Assembly (NCBI GenBank): GCA_030390025.1
Contig: CM059433.1
Location: forward strand, 806,001 to 870,000
Length of the DNA: 64,000 nt
Reading direction: 5' to 3'
Source: Squalus acanthias
Taxonomy: Eukaryota
Shown here: one piece after another, positions 1-10,760 of the stretch
Layout of the letters: each line of letters opens with the position of its first letter
Numbering within the stretch: position 1 is the stretch's first letter
Program-made: the position numbers and the translations under genes
Notes under the pieces: model-generated
Databases searched by the model: none
What the model saw: only the letters and a program-made list of their open reading frames with translations
What the model was told of the DNA's origin: nothing

Positions 1-192
1 CCAGTGCGCTCAGCCGTTTCTTGATATCACGTGCAGTGAATCGAATTGGCTGAAGACTGTCTTTTGTGATGGTGGGGACCTCAGGAGGAGGCCGATGTGG
101 ATCATCCACTCGGCACTTCTGGCTGAAGATGGTTGTAAACGCTTCAGCCTTGTCTTTTGCACTCACATGCTGGGCTGCACCATCATTGAGGA
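1..192 (-). mobile_element. Fragment of CR1-group LINE family B (same family as 59486-62709), ORF2 region between endonuclease and RT
   Basis: Highly similar to about 61000-61192; runs off the window start. Confidence 0.85.
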
Positions 193-202
193 TAAGGATA
201 AG

Positions 203-1370
203 GATAAGTCCCACATAAGAGGTTAGTGTGCAAAATTAAAGCACATGGGATTGGGGGTAATATCCTGGCATGGATTGAAAATTGGTTAACAGACAGGAAA
301 CAGAGAGTAGGAATAAATGGGTCTTTTTCAGGGTGGCAGGCGGTGACTAGTGGGGTACCGCAGGGATCAGTGCTTGGGCCCCAGCTATTCACAATATATA
401 TCAATGATTTGGATGAGGGAACCAAATGTAATATTTCCAAGTTTGCTGACGACACAAAACTAGGTGGGATTGTGAGTTGTGAGGAGGATGCAAAGAGGCT
501 TCAAGGCAATTTAGACAAGTTGAGTGAGTGGGCAAATATATGGCAGATGCAGTATAACGTGGATAAATGTGAAGTTATCCACTTCGGTTGGACAAACAGA
601 AAGGCAGAGTATTATTTAAATGGTGATAGATTGGGAAATGTTGATGTACAAAGGGACCTGGGTGTCCTTGTACACCAGTCACTGAAAGCAAACATGCAGG
701 TCCAGCAAGCAGTTAGGAACGCAAATGGTATGTTGGCCTTCATTGCAAGAGGATTTGAGTACAGGAGCAAGGATGTCTTACTACAGTTATACAGGGCCTT
801 GGTGAGACCACACCTGGAGTACTGTGTGCAGTTTTGGTCTCCTTACCTAAGAAAGGATATACTTGCCATAGAGGGAGTGCAGCGAAGGTTCACCAGACTG
901 ATTCCTGGGATGGCAGGACTGTCGTATGAGGAGAGATTGGGTCGACTAGACCTGTATTCACTAGAGTTTAGAAGAATGAGAGGGGATCTCATTGAAACGT
1001 ATAAAATTCTGACAGGGCTAGACAGACTGAATGCAGGGAGGATGGTTCTCCTGGCTGGGGGGTCTAGAACGAGGGGTCACAGTCTCAGGATACAGGGTAG
1101 GACATTTAGGACTGAGAAGAGGAGAGATTTCTTCACTCAGAGGGTGGTGAACCTGTGGAATTCTCTACCACAGAAGGCTGTGGAGGCCAAGTCACTGAAT
1201 ATATTTAAGAAGGAGATAGATAGATTTCTAGACGCAAAAGGCGTCAAGGGGTATGGGGAGAGAGCGGGAATATGGTATTGAGATAGAGGATCATCCATGA
1301 TCATATTGAATGGCGGAGCAGGCTCGAAGGGCCGAATGGCCTACTCCTGCTCCTATTTTTCTATGTTTCT
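203..1370 (+). mobile_element. 5'-truncated CR1 LINE (family A)
   Basis: RT C-terminal ORF, CR1 3' UTR (gctcgaagggccgaatggcctactcctgctcc) and TTCTATGTTTCTAT tail. Confidence 0.95.
226..1281 (+). CDS. CR1 ORF2 reverse transcriptase, C-terminal part (truncated copy, uninterrupted frame)
   Basis: GVPQGSVLGP, KFADDTK, RPHLEYCVQFW and WNSLP motifs. Confidence 0.85.
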   Translation: MCKIKAHGIGGNILAWIENWLTDRKQRVGINGSFSGWQAVTSGVPQGSVLGPQLFTIYINDLDEGTKCNISKFADDTKLGGIVSCEEDAKRLQGNLDKLSEWANIWQMQYNVDKCEVIHFGWTNRKAEYYLNGDRLGNVDVQRDLGVLVHQSLKANMQVQQAVRNANGMLAFIARGFEYRSKDVLLQLYRALVRPHLEYCVQFWSPYLRKDILAIEGVQRRFTRLIPGMAGLSYEERLGRLDLYSLEFRRMRGDLIETYKILTGLDRLNAGRMVLLAGGSRTRGHSLRIQGRTFRTEKRRDFFTQRVVNLWNSLPQKAVEAKSLNIFKKEIDRFLDAKGVKGYGERAGIWY

Positions 1371-1689
1371 ATTAAGAATTCAAATTCCAGATTATTAAAT
1401 CTACTTTACTGGCCTCTTCTATCCCATTTTCAGAAGGATCATGTTTGTATCATATTTTGATAGCGTATGCTATAGGTCTCCTCATCAAAACAAGATGTCC
1501 TTTTATGATTAGCGTGCATTGAATGAAACTTTGGTGGGAATTGCAGCCTGCTGCACTGTACGTTCCTTGCCACAATGTAAAGTCAAAGAAATCCATATCA
1601 GAAAGTAGGAGCTTTGTGGCAGTGCTACCATAAAGAAAAATAGCACATCGCTAGATCGCAAATACTCAATATAGCATCAAGCCTCATAG

Positions 1690-2462
1690 AAAGAAAGAAA
1701 GAACTTGCATTTATATAGTGGCCCGGATATTCCGATCCCTATGGGTGGGTATGCGCTGTTTACCCACCCGTAGGGACATCAGAAATGTCGGTTTCAGGCA
1801 TGCACAGCTTTTTGGAGACCCTCCGCCCGCAGAAAACCCTTACAATTCTTACGCCTGGTAAAAGCAGGCGTAAGACCTGCTTTTACCAGGATAAGAGTTG
1901 AAAAAAGTAAAAAAAAAAAATTTCACTGATTTATCATTTTAAAATACTTTAAAAAAAGGTAAGTTTATTTTTAGCCCCGAAAAATACTTTCATTATTTTT
2001 TTCAAAAAATGAAATTTTTGTTTAAAATACTTAATTTATTGTAATTTCAAGTCATTTTAAAAATGTGATTTAAAAAAATTTTTTATTTAAAGTTTTACTA
2101 TGTTTTTCATTGATCTCCATTCATATATTTGACAGGTCTTCCTGTCAAGTGTATGAAGGGAGATTCCCTTCTGTGATTGGCTCCCCATGGCCCACATGAT
2201 CCCAGGGACGCTGCGAACTACCTGCGCCCCTGGGATACGTGGGCCCTGCGCACTTGGAGTTTGGTGAGGACCAGGAGCAGAAGCGTGTGCGTCCCGGGAG
2301 CCCTCAGGTAAGGGCGCAGATTTTTCCAGATCGCAGACCTCCGCCCGCGGGAGGCCTGCGATCGGAAAATACGGGCCAGTGTCTTTCATGACCTCGGGAC
2401 ATCCCAAAGTGCTTCACAGCCAATAAAGTACTTTCGAAGTGACGTCACTGGTATAATGTAGA
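1690..2462 (-). mobile_element. Deu-domain SINE 3' portion, split by a MITE
   Basis: Removing 1720-2380 restores aagaacttgcatttatatagtgtctttcatgacctcgggacatcccaaag, the reverse complement of the SINE tail at about 58170-58250. Confidence 0.7.
1720..2377. mobile_element. PIF/Harbinger-type MITE
   Basis: TIR GGCCCGGATATTCCGATC / GATCGGAAAATACGGGCC; 3-bp TSD AGT (1717-1719, 2378-2380); second copy at 57375-58100. Confidence 0.9.
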
Positions 2463-3781
2463 GATAGCAAATCAATCTTATATTAAGTACAAAACACTTT
2501 TTCCATTTTAGAAATAGTGTGAAATAGATTTCATCACGCTGTAAGGGCATTTAATTGGCCTGAAAATATAATTGCCCTGGTTTTCCATAGCTGACGCAGG
2601 CAGAATACAGACAACAGATGGCCATGACCAGCGGCTTTTAACTCAGATTTCATCGGTAATCTACTGCTGGAATTTGGAATTGTAAACCAACCTGAAATGA
2701 CACATTGCTGCCCAGTCTACTGTCTTCAATGCAATATGGAGGTCTAATATCATAACCTAAAGTAGAACAAAAATGACAACTGTGCACGAAGGTAGTTGTA
2801 ATGGCAATGAATATTAACCTGTACAGTGATGTATTAATATGCATGACCCAAAAAAACAGGACAGTCTGAAGATTATAATTCCAACGGCAATAGCCTCCAA
2901 TTAGATTGAGGGAATTGGCCTCTTGGCTTGAATAGGGCTCGCTGGGCTCTGGTGAGAGGATTTAATTACAAATTAGTTGATTTGAAATCCTAATTACAAA
3001 TAAGTAATCTTAAAACTCTATCGTCTTACATTTGGCATCAAATGTTTGTAAGCAATCCACTTACGCAAATTAAATCCTTGTATTGAGATCAGGTATGTAT
3101 TTTCCTTGAACTGTCAGAGTAGAACATGTTTAGTCCTAAACATTATTGCTGATAACACAGAAATATCAGCAACTCCAACCACAAATTTAAAATATTCAGA
3201 AATTAAAACATGCTTTGTAACAAGTTCAAAATAAATCTTTCTCTTATGTTTTCTGACAATGAAAATTGCTTTAAATGATAACTCTTATGTGAAAATATGC
3301 AGATTATTTGCCTATATTTTACACCCACCTTCTGACATCTGTTTTACTCCTGTGCCTATGACATCACATCTTCATTAGGCTTGGCTCTCGAACCCTAGTT
3401 CATCCTGCCCTTACGCTGATGATTTTTCAGGAATAAAAGGAAAGAAAATGGCATATTTTTATTATATAAAATAACAGGCCGGAATGTGATTTGCAGATGT
3501 CTGTGGCACCTTTGCTTGCAGGAGCATAGTGGGGGCACTAATTATTCACATGGGATCAAATACACATCTGAAATTCATTGCACACGATCCATTATTCACC
3601 GCAATATAATAACACTCAGATAAGTTGCATTGAGAAGGAGCTGAAAAATGTAAATAGAAGTCTGCACATGCCAAGGATCAAAATATGGTTTAAAACTCAT
3701 CCCCTCATAGATAATACATCGATATACTTTTATTCCTTGGATTTTAAATTTTCAATTACTTTCTTTAAATACACTAGAATT

Positions 3782-3962
3782 ATATAGAATTACATAGAAT
3801 CCACAGCACAGAAACAGGCCATTCGGCCCAACTGGTCCAATGCCGGTGTTTATGCTCCACATGAGCCCCCTCCCACCCTACTTCATCTTACTCCATCAAC
3901 ATATCCTCCTATTGCTTTCTCCCTCATGTGTTTATCTAGCTTCCCCTTAAATGCATCTAAGC
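3782..3962 (-). mobile_element. CR1 3' end fragment
   Basis: catagaa tail and acaggccattcggccc 3' UTR in reverse orientation. Confidence 0.7.
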
Positions 3963-5326
3963 TATGCTAGGTTGTTCTTTGCAAGGTTATGTTGTGAATA
4001 GTCAATATCCTAATGAAATAGAGACCACAAAACTGGCGTGATGGTGCGCCAATATAATTTGCACCAGTGATTACAATGCAGCAAGTTCACACACTCAGCT
4101 GTCCCACACAGAGGAAGTGCGCAGACACCGTGATTCTCCACAGAGAGAAAGGAAAAAGAGTAAAGTTACTGTAGCCATTTCCAAGGACCTTCTAATAACT
4201 GGCTCTAGAGTGGCACTGACAGAAACATGCTTGTCCTGTCATCCAAAGAATGGTGAAAGATCTGAAAGAGGAGGAAGAAGGTAAAACAATTCAAAAAGGA
4301 AGCTGTGTGTGTATATATAAGAAAAAGGGGTGGTGGTGAGTTAGAATCGAGGTGGTCGACTAATCAGCTGCAACGGGATGCCCATACAGGGTGTGCAACT
4401 CGCCCACAGCATGTTACTGAGACTAGGCCCTCAAAATGGACAGGCTTCGCTGACCGGCTGTGTGATAGTGAAAATCACCCCTGGAGTCACTTAGTTCAAA
4501 GTAGTTTAAAATGTTATAATTTTAGAAAGTTATTTTGTGATTAGTTAAGTTTTATGTATCATTCACTATATTACCCCCTCCCCAGAATTCAGCCTGTTCT
4601 AACTCCAGCAGAAGAATAGCAGAATCCCCGGGACACAGCAGGCACCCGATTCTGACAGTTCTTTGCCAGTCCTGGGAGTTTCCTCCATTCCTTATATTAG
4701 GTGAAACTTCGGTCCGCCTCGAACAAGGCAAATGATGGACGGGGATAGATTCGCTCAGCTGGGAGTTCTCGCTCCTTGGGTTGCAGTGGGACCCGGGCTA
4801 GCAGTGGCAGCCAGTACACTGAGTGAGTGGAGGTGTACTAACCTCCGCAAGAGCATATGCGGGCCTCACTTATAAGAACCAAGTCTGGCGCAAATTAACC
4901 CCCTTGCTCAGGGTGCTGATAGCCCCATTGGCGGGGTCAGGGGGTGCGGTTTTTGCAGCCCTCTACCACTGTTCCCTCTAATTTTTTTTGGCCCGCGCGG
5001 TCCCTTTAACGGGCTGCAATGGCCATTTAAAATTCCACGCATGCCCGGTTTTTCTATTTAAAAGCCGGCTCGCCGGCTGCGCAGGACCTGCAGAGCGCTG
5101 TAAAGGCAATGTTGCCCCCGACCCCAATTGTGGGTGGGTGCCAGATTTTCCAACAATCATGTGCGGGCAGACACTGGAAATGTGTCCAAAGCAGCACTTG
5201 CGCCCACCTGACCTAGGCAAATCAAGTGGTGTCCTGCTGACTCTACAAACTCCAGCAGCGTCAATTATAGGGTTCCATCAGGTGTGGAACTGCTGGGATC
5301 ATGATCCAAGAATTTAAGAGAGCTTG

Positions 5327-5748
5327 GGGGCAAAATTGGGTCGCGCCCCCACTGGGGCGCTAACTTTGCCGGGGCGCTACTCGAAAAAATTAGCACCCCT
5401 GCGCCCAAAATTCACTGGTAGCGCCCCAAGAGGGAGGCGGGGTGCTACTGAAAGCGCCCCGCCTCCCTCTTGGGGCGTTGCGAGTGAATATCACAGCACT
5501 ACGTGCTGTAGCACCACGCTCTGCAGCATGTCGTGCCACGGTACTGCAGGCCTTCCTCCCCTTATTAACAACAAAATGGCCGCCCGGCACCTCCCCTTTA
5601 ATTTGCACCGCCCAGGCCGCAGGTAGGCCCCCTTGACCCTGTCGGACATAGCATCCGGCAATAAGTCAGGGGGCGCTACTGAAGATCGCGGCCGGGTTGC
5701 GAGCGGGGCGCTAACGGGAGGCGGAAATAAACCAAATGTTTTCCCCCC
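5327..5748. mobile_element. Non-autonomous Harbinger (MITE) related to the adjacent autonomous element
   Basis: TSD TTG (5324-5326, 5749-5751); both ends resemble the ends of 5794-9997 in inverted orientation. Confidence 0.85.
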
Positions 5749-6304
5749 TTGTTTCTTAGGTGTGCACAGCTAGCTGGCTTTGGAAAACATATGGGGGTAA
5801 AAATTCACTTGGTTGCGCCTCCCGTTAGCGCCTTAAGAGGGCGCTAATGGGGCGTTAAGCCGCTAACGACCGGGCGCAGCGATGTTTGCGCCGCTCGAGA
5901 ACTTAACTTGAGATTGTGCGGCGGCGCTAAAACTTACCGCTGCGACCACCTGCGCGTGCAGATTGTGACGTCATTCCATGGTGCAACGCCCTTGGGGCGC
6001 CCCGGAGCGGAAATTGAGTGGCGCCCCCTGCCTTACCGCCTGGCGCTTCCAACGACCGGAAGACTGGAACGCTATCAATCGGTGTGGGGCTGGGGGGGGC
6101 GCTATTTAAAGGGGGCCTCTTCCTGTCTTTTTCTGTGGTCGACATTTATGCACCACTCGTTCTGAGAGAGAGAGAGAGATTCGGAGAGAGAGAGAGAGAG
6201 ACTTCTACATTGACTCAACGCTTTGTGAGGTAGTTTTGCCTATTCATCCTAACTTTGTTGCTACTTTAGTTGCTGTACCTCATTACTTTTCTGGCAAAGA
6301 GAAT

Positions 6305-7465
6305 ATGGGGGCTGCAATGATTGGGGGCGTCGTCCTGCTCCAGCTGAATCGGAGGATACAGAGACGCAGACAGAGAGTGGCAATGATGGCCAGACGGAGG
6401 AGGGCCATCAGGCGCATGTACAGGAGAGCTTACCCTCCCAGGGTATATCGTGAACAGCTCTCCTACATCCATATGTCCGAGGAGCTGTGTTTGCGAAGGC
6501 TGCGATTCAGCAAGGAGGTGGTCACTGAGCTCTGCCACCTGCTGCAGCCAGATCTGCAGCCTCAGCTGAGGTCCAGGACGTCTCTGTCGGTGGCAGTGAA
6601 GGTCACAGTGGCTTTGAACTTCTACGCCACTGGCTCATTCCAAGCTGCTGTTGGGGACCTCGCCAATATCTCCCAGTTTGCGGTGCATCGCTGCATCCGG
6701 CAGGTCACCAATGCCCTCTTCAGAAGGAGACGAGACGTCATCTCTTTCCCTATGACCCCAGACAAGCAGCGTGACCGTGCTCTGGGCTTTGCGAGGGTAG
6801 CGGGCTTCCCCATGGTGCAGGGCGCCATTGACTGCACGCATGTGGCTTTGCGTGCTCCGCGAGAGAATGCAGAGGAATTCAGGAACAGAAAGGGGTTCCA
6901 TTCCTTGAATGTGCAGTTGGTCTGTGACCACAGACAGGTGATACTCGCTGTCAATGCCCACTATCCGGGCAGCTGCCACGATGCTTTCATCCTGCGCCAG
7001 ACTACTGTGGCAGAAGTTTTCGAGGCACCGCATCAGTCAGTTGGTTGGCTTCTCGGGGACAAGGGGTACGCATTGAGCACCTGGCTGATGACACCGCTCC
7101 GTACGCCAAACAGCCCTGCTGAGCTGCGGTACAATGAAAGCCATCAAGCAACCAGGAACATTATTGAGCGCACAATCGGCGTGCTGAAACAACGGTTCCG
7201 CTGTCTGGACCATTCCGGAGGAGCCCTGCAGTACTCGCCTGAGCAAGTTTCGAACTTCGTAGTCGTGTGCTGCATGTTGCACAACATGGCAATCCTCAGG
7301 ACCCAGCCAATGCCAGCAGGCCTTGTAGCACCACCAGAGGAGGAGGAGGAAGAGGAGGAAGAGGACGAGGACGATGATCATCAGCAGCACCAAGGCGGGA
7401 GGGCGGCCCACAATGGTCAAACTGCAAGGGCCGTCCGTCAACGACTAATAGCAAGCCGCTTCTAG
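6305..7465 (+). CDS. Harbinger (HARBI1-like) DDE transposase, 386 aa from ATG 6305
   Basis: RLRFSKE and ALNFYATGSFQ HTH region; catalytic GAIDCTH, GDKGY and IERTIG; acidic C-terminal tract; TATTTAAA at about 6102; AATAAA at 7627. Confidence 0.93.
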   Translation: MGAAMIGGVVLLQLNRRIQRRRQRVAMMARRRRAIRRMYRRAYPPRVYREQLSYIHMSEELCLRRLRFSKEVVTELCHLLQPDLQPQLRSRTSLSVAVKVTVALNFYATGSFQAAVGDLANISQFAVHRCIRQVTNALFRRRRDVISFPMTPDKQRDRALGFARVAGFPMVQGAIDCTHVALRAPRENAEEFRNRKGFHSLNVQLVCDHRQVILAVNAHYPGSCHDAFILRQTTVAEVFEAPHQSVGWLLGDKGYALSTWLMTPLRTPNSPAELRYNESHQATRNIIERTIGVLKQRFRCLDHSGGALQYSPEQVSNFVVVCCMLHNMAILRTQPMPAGLVAPPEEEEEEEEEDEDDDHQQHQGGRAAHNGQTARAVRQRLIASRF

Positions 7466-7759
7466 GGCCCCTGCCATTGCTACAAACACTAATCAACCCA
7501 GTACGCAACCCCTAAGCCGGCCAAGGCACCAATAATTCCAACCACCAGCCATGTATATTTTGAATACAGAAACTTATTTATTTTACAAACTCTGTGTGTG
7601 TCAATTCCTCATGACAAACTCATAGAAATAAACACAAAAAAACAGTCAATAACATAACTGGTTCTCACAACCTGGAGATAATCTCCAAAACACTAAACAA
7701 AAGTTGGACCATGAACCTCGGCCTTTAATAAAAAAATGACCAGCATTTTGTCACACCTC

Positions 7760-9639
7760 CTACTTTTTGCCCTTCGAGGGTGATCTCCTTCCCTTGCGCA
7801 CTTCCCCCCTTCTAACCCTACTGCTCCTCCGTAATGGGACCTCAGTGGCTGCAGCAAGGCTGGTGGAAGGCTGCTGCTCGTCAGACCCTGACACTGCAGA
7901 TGCCCCTGAAGGACGGCCTCGACCACTTCTGGGCCTGGAGGGCCCGGCTGCAGACTGCACCAACTCTGCATGGGCGGCAGCAGTCTGTCCTACAGGCGGT
8001 GGCAAGTGCAGTGGAGAAGTGACAGTGTTGGCAGCAGGAATGCTGTCATCGTGAGAGAGGCCAGCAACTCCCTGCTCGCCCGACACACTGGCACTCCCAC
8101 GGGGCAGCACTTCAGCATCCGGAGCAATCTGCCGGAGAACAGATTGCTGGCCTGCTGCGGCGCGGTGACAGCCCCGGGGACATGTGCACGAACCATCGAG
8201 GTTGGCAGCAGTCTGTGCTCGCGTGGCCTCCATCTGAGTCTGTATGAGAGCAGTCAGAGGTGGGATCACGGCAGCCAGTGACTGAATTGCAGCACTAAGC
8301 GTTAGTGTGGCATCCGCCTGTGCTACAGCGAAGTGCTCCACACTCCTTGCCAGTGACTCAATGCATTCGGGCACCCTTCCCACTGCACCCATGAGCTCAG
8401 TGTGCATGCCCACCGCCTGGGTGTTCATTTCTGCAATCAGCCGCTCCTCCTCTGCGTCCATTGCAGTAGGAGTGTCTGGCATACTCTCCCTCTGGGGAGA
8501 AGGCCCCCGTTCTTCCCTACCCCCCCCCCCATGGCGTTGCTGCAGCCCGCTGGGTCCTGGAGCTTCACCATCATCAGCCCCTTCCCCCCTGCTCCCCTCC
8601 GGGGAAGGCGTGTTCCCAGTGTGGGCATGGGCTTCCTCGGGAGAGGGTGGCACTGATGCTCTGGCTTCCTCTTCCTCCTCGGCTGCAGCATCACTCCCAG
8701 TGGCAGCTTCAGGGCCCGTCTCCTCAGCTGGTGAATCACCATCTGAAAGCAGGGAGGTACAAGAGTGGCTTTAGCGTGAGGACAGGGTGGCAGTAAGGGA
8801 GGAATAAGTGCAGCGAGTTAGCAAGTTGGATTGAAAGTGTCAAAGGCTGGTGTTGTGAGGGACAAGTGGAAGGACAGAGGACAAAAAGGTGATGACCTTA
8901 CCATTGCTGTCCACAATGGGGTCGGCGTCTCCAGTGGCGACGGGACCGATCACCCGGCTTGCCACAATCCTGTGGACGCGCTCCTCCAGATCGCTGAGGG
9001 GTTGCAGCTGAAGCCGCCCTCCACCTGTCCGTTGCTGCTGTCTCCTATTATGAGCCAGCTTAGCCTGCAAGAAAAAGGACAGCATCTGAGTAAATATACA
9101 GCCATGGTCTTGCCTGATGTGCCTCCCATAGGTGAATAGCCCTTACAATATGCAGCCATGGTCTTGCCTGATGTGCCTCCCATAGGTGAATAGCCCTTAC
9201 TGTATGCAGTCATGGTCTTGCCTGATGTGCCTCCCATAGGTGAATAGCCCTTACTGTATGCAAAGTGTGGAATGTGTGTGTGTGTTTGATGAAAGGGCCA
9301 TAGGTGTTGGATGAGTGTTGTGCATTGGGGTTTTAAGACCCTCTGGCCATAGAGTGTGGTTGAGATGGAGGGATGGAGAGGTATTGAGAAAAAGCCACTC
9401 ACCCTGACGACCCGAGTGAGGTCGTTGAACTTTTTGCGGCATTGAGTATGGGTCCTGGGCACCATGCTCCTGGAGGAGACGGTCTGAGCCACCTCCCTCC
9501 ACACTCTTCTGAACTCGCGTGGCAAAGGCCTCCTGCCACTCTCAGGGAACAGCATACATCGTCTGCGCTCCACTGCGTCAACCAGAGCATCCAAGGCCCG
9601 CTCGGTGAAGCGATGAGCGCGTTCTCTCACCCTCTCCAT
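7760..9639 (-). CDS. Harbinger Myb/SANT-like (trihelix) DNA-binding partner; 3 exons 9639-9403, 9064-8902, 8742-7760; about 460 aa
   Basis: RF..ALDALVDAV, WREVA and QCRKKFNDL motifs; GT-AG introns in compatible phases (0 and 1); basic NLS-like C-terminus; minus-strand AATAAA at 7577-7582. Confidence 0.85.
9099..9260. repeat. 54-bp tandem repeat, 3 copies, in intron 1 of the Myb gene
   Basis: Unit cagccatggtcttgcctgatgtgcctcccataggtgaatagcccttacWRtatg. Confidence 0.95.
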
Positions 9640-10551
9640 GCTTGGCAGCAAAATGGATTCACAGGTCTCTCCAGGCTGAGATTCAAGGCTGCAATGAGCA
9701 GGGTGTGGCTGGGGAGCAAGTGGCCCCCCCCGCTTTAAGAAGTGTCCGGCGCCAGTGTGTCTGTGTTCCCTCGCTAACTGGCAGCAGCTGCGCTGCGCTC
9801 GCGCGCTGAGTTAGCACCTCACTGCTTGGCCTTTGCGCCTTAAGACAGCTGTGCAGCGCCTGCTTTAGCGCTCCACTCACCTCCCGGGGCGGTAAAAGTG
9901 AAGTTTCCTGTCAGTGCCGATAATTAGCGCCAGGCGCTAATATTTGCGTCCGGACGATATTTGCGCCCCAAATGGGGCGCGACCTAATTTCTACCCCATG
10001 GTTCCTGAAAGAAATCTGAAAAAAAAATAGACTCTAGTCCCTCACTTAGCTGACCCACATCCCTTTGAGTGATATCAATCTCCCTTATACTTGTCACATG
10101 GCTACGTGGCTTGGCATCATCAGGAAATTTTATAAGTTCCTGTGACAATTTTTTTTTTCTGTATTAGTTTATTAAATTGAAATACTAGTGTCAGCATATA
10201 AAGGATTAGCAACCTAGGTTTTACAGAAAATGGCCGGCTGGTTTGCTATACGTTGAGCATGGAATCCAGAGAGATTTCCTAGATGGGATTCGGTAGAAGT
10301 CTTGCGTATGTATCAGTAAATCTGTGACTGGTTCTGGCAAACCAAAGGTAGTTTTGACATTTTCTTGTACCTGTTTTGTAGAATTTTTGATTGGCTGGTT
10401 GTGTATTCCAATTATCACAGATATATTAACTGGGGGACAAACAACCTGTGTCATTGTCAAAGAATAGCTAACCATCTAATTTAATTATGGGAAATGCAGT
10501 TCTTTGCAAAAGGGCTTTATTCAGTATACCTTCAAATAAATCTTTTGTTTA

Positions 10552-10760
10552 ATTCATTCTCGGGATGTGGGTGTTGCTGGCAAGGCTGGCATTTATTGCC
10601 CATCCCTAGTTGCCCTGAGAAGGTGGTGGTGAGCCGCCTTCTTGAACCGCTGGTAGTGGTTTTTTAATACAACTGAACAGCTTGCTTGGCCACTTCAGAG
10701 GGCAGTTAAGAGTCAACCCTGTTGGCGTGGGACTGGAGTCCAGTCTGGGTAAGGACAGCA
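10552..10760 (-). mobile_element. 5'-truncated SINE-like internal-deletion derivative of LINE family B
   Basis: About 10660-10760 matches the family B 5' UTR (about 62375-62490); about 10560-10652 matches the family B 3' end (about 59505-59602). Confidence 0.85.

Larger units (their letters stand above)
5794..9997. mobile_element. Apparently intact autonomous PIF/Harbinger DNA transposon (4.2 kb)
   Basis: TIR GGGGTAAAAATT / AATTTCTACCCC; TSD ATG (5791-5793, 9998-10000); convergent transposase and Myb/SANT genes. Confidence 0.93.

Noticed and set aside
4580..5320. Additional MITE remnants (also about 14968-15165, 34340-34680 and 35370-35868)
   Set aside because: GC-rich with TIR-like ends, but I could not pair termini with TSDs.
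6305..9639. Domesticated HARBI1/NAIF1 host genes
   Set aside because: The genes are bounded by TIRs and a TSD and have decayed relatives nearby, so this is a transposon; no host symbol assigned.
8950..9651. Unspliced 233-aa ORF with 18-aa repeats
   Set aside because: It reads through a GTGAGT donor into intron 1; the repeats are intronic.
5327..9997. A single Harbinger starting at 5327
   Set aside because: 5327 gives a longer inverted match to the right end, but the flanks differ (TTG versus ATG); 5327-5748 and 5794-9997 each have their own TSD.
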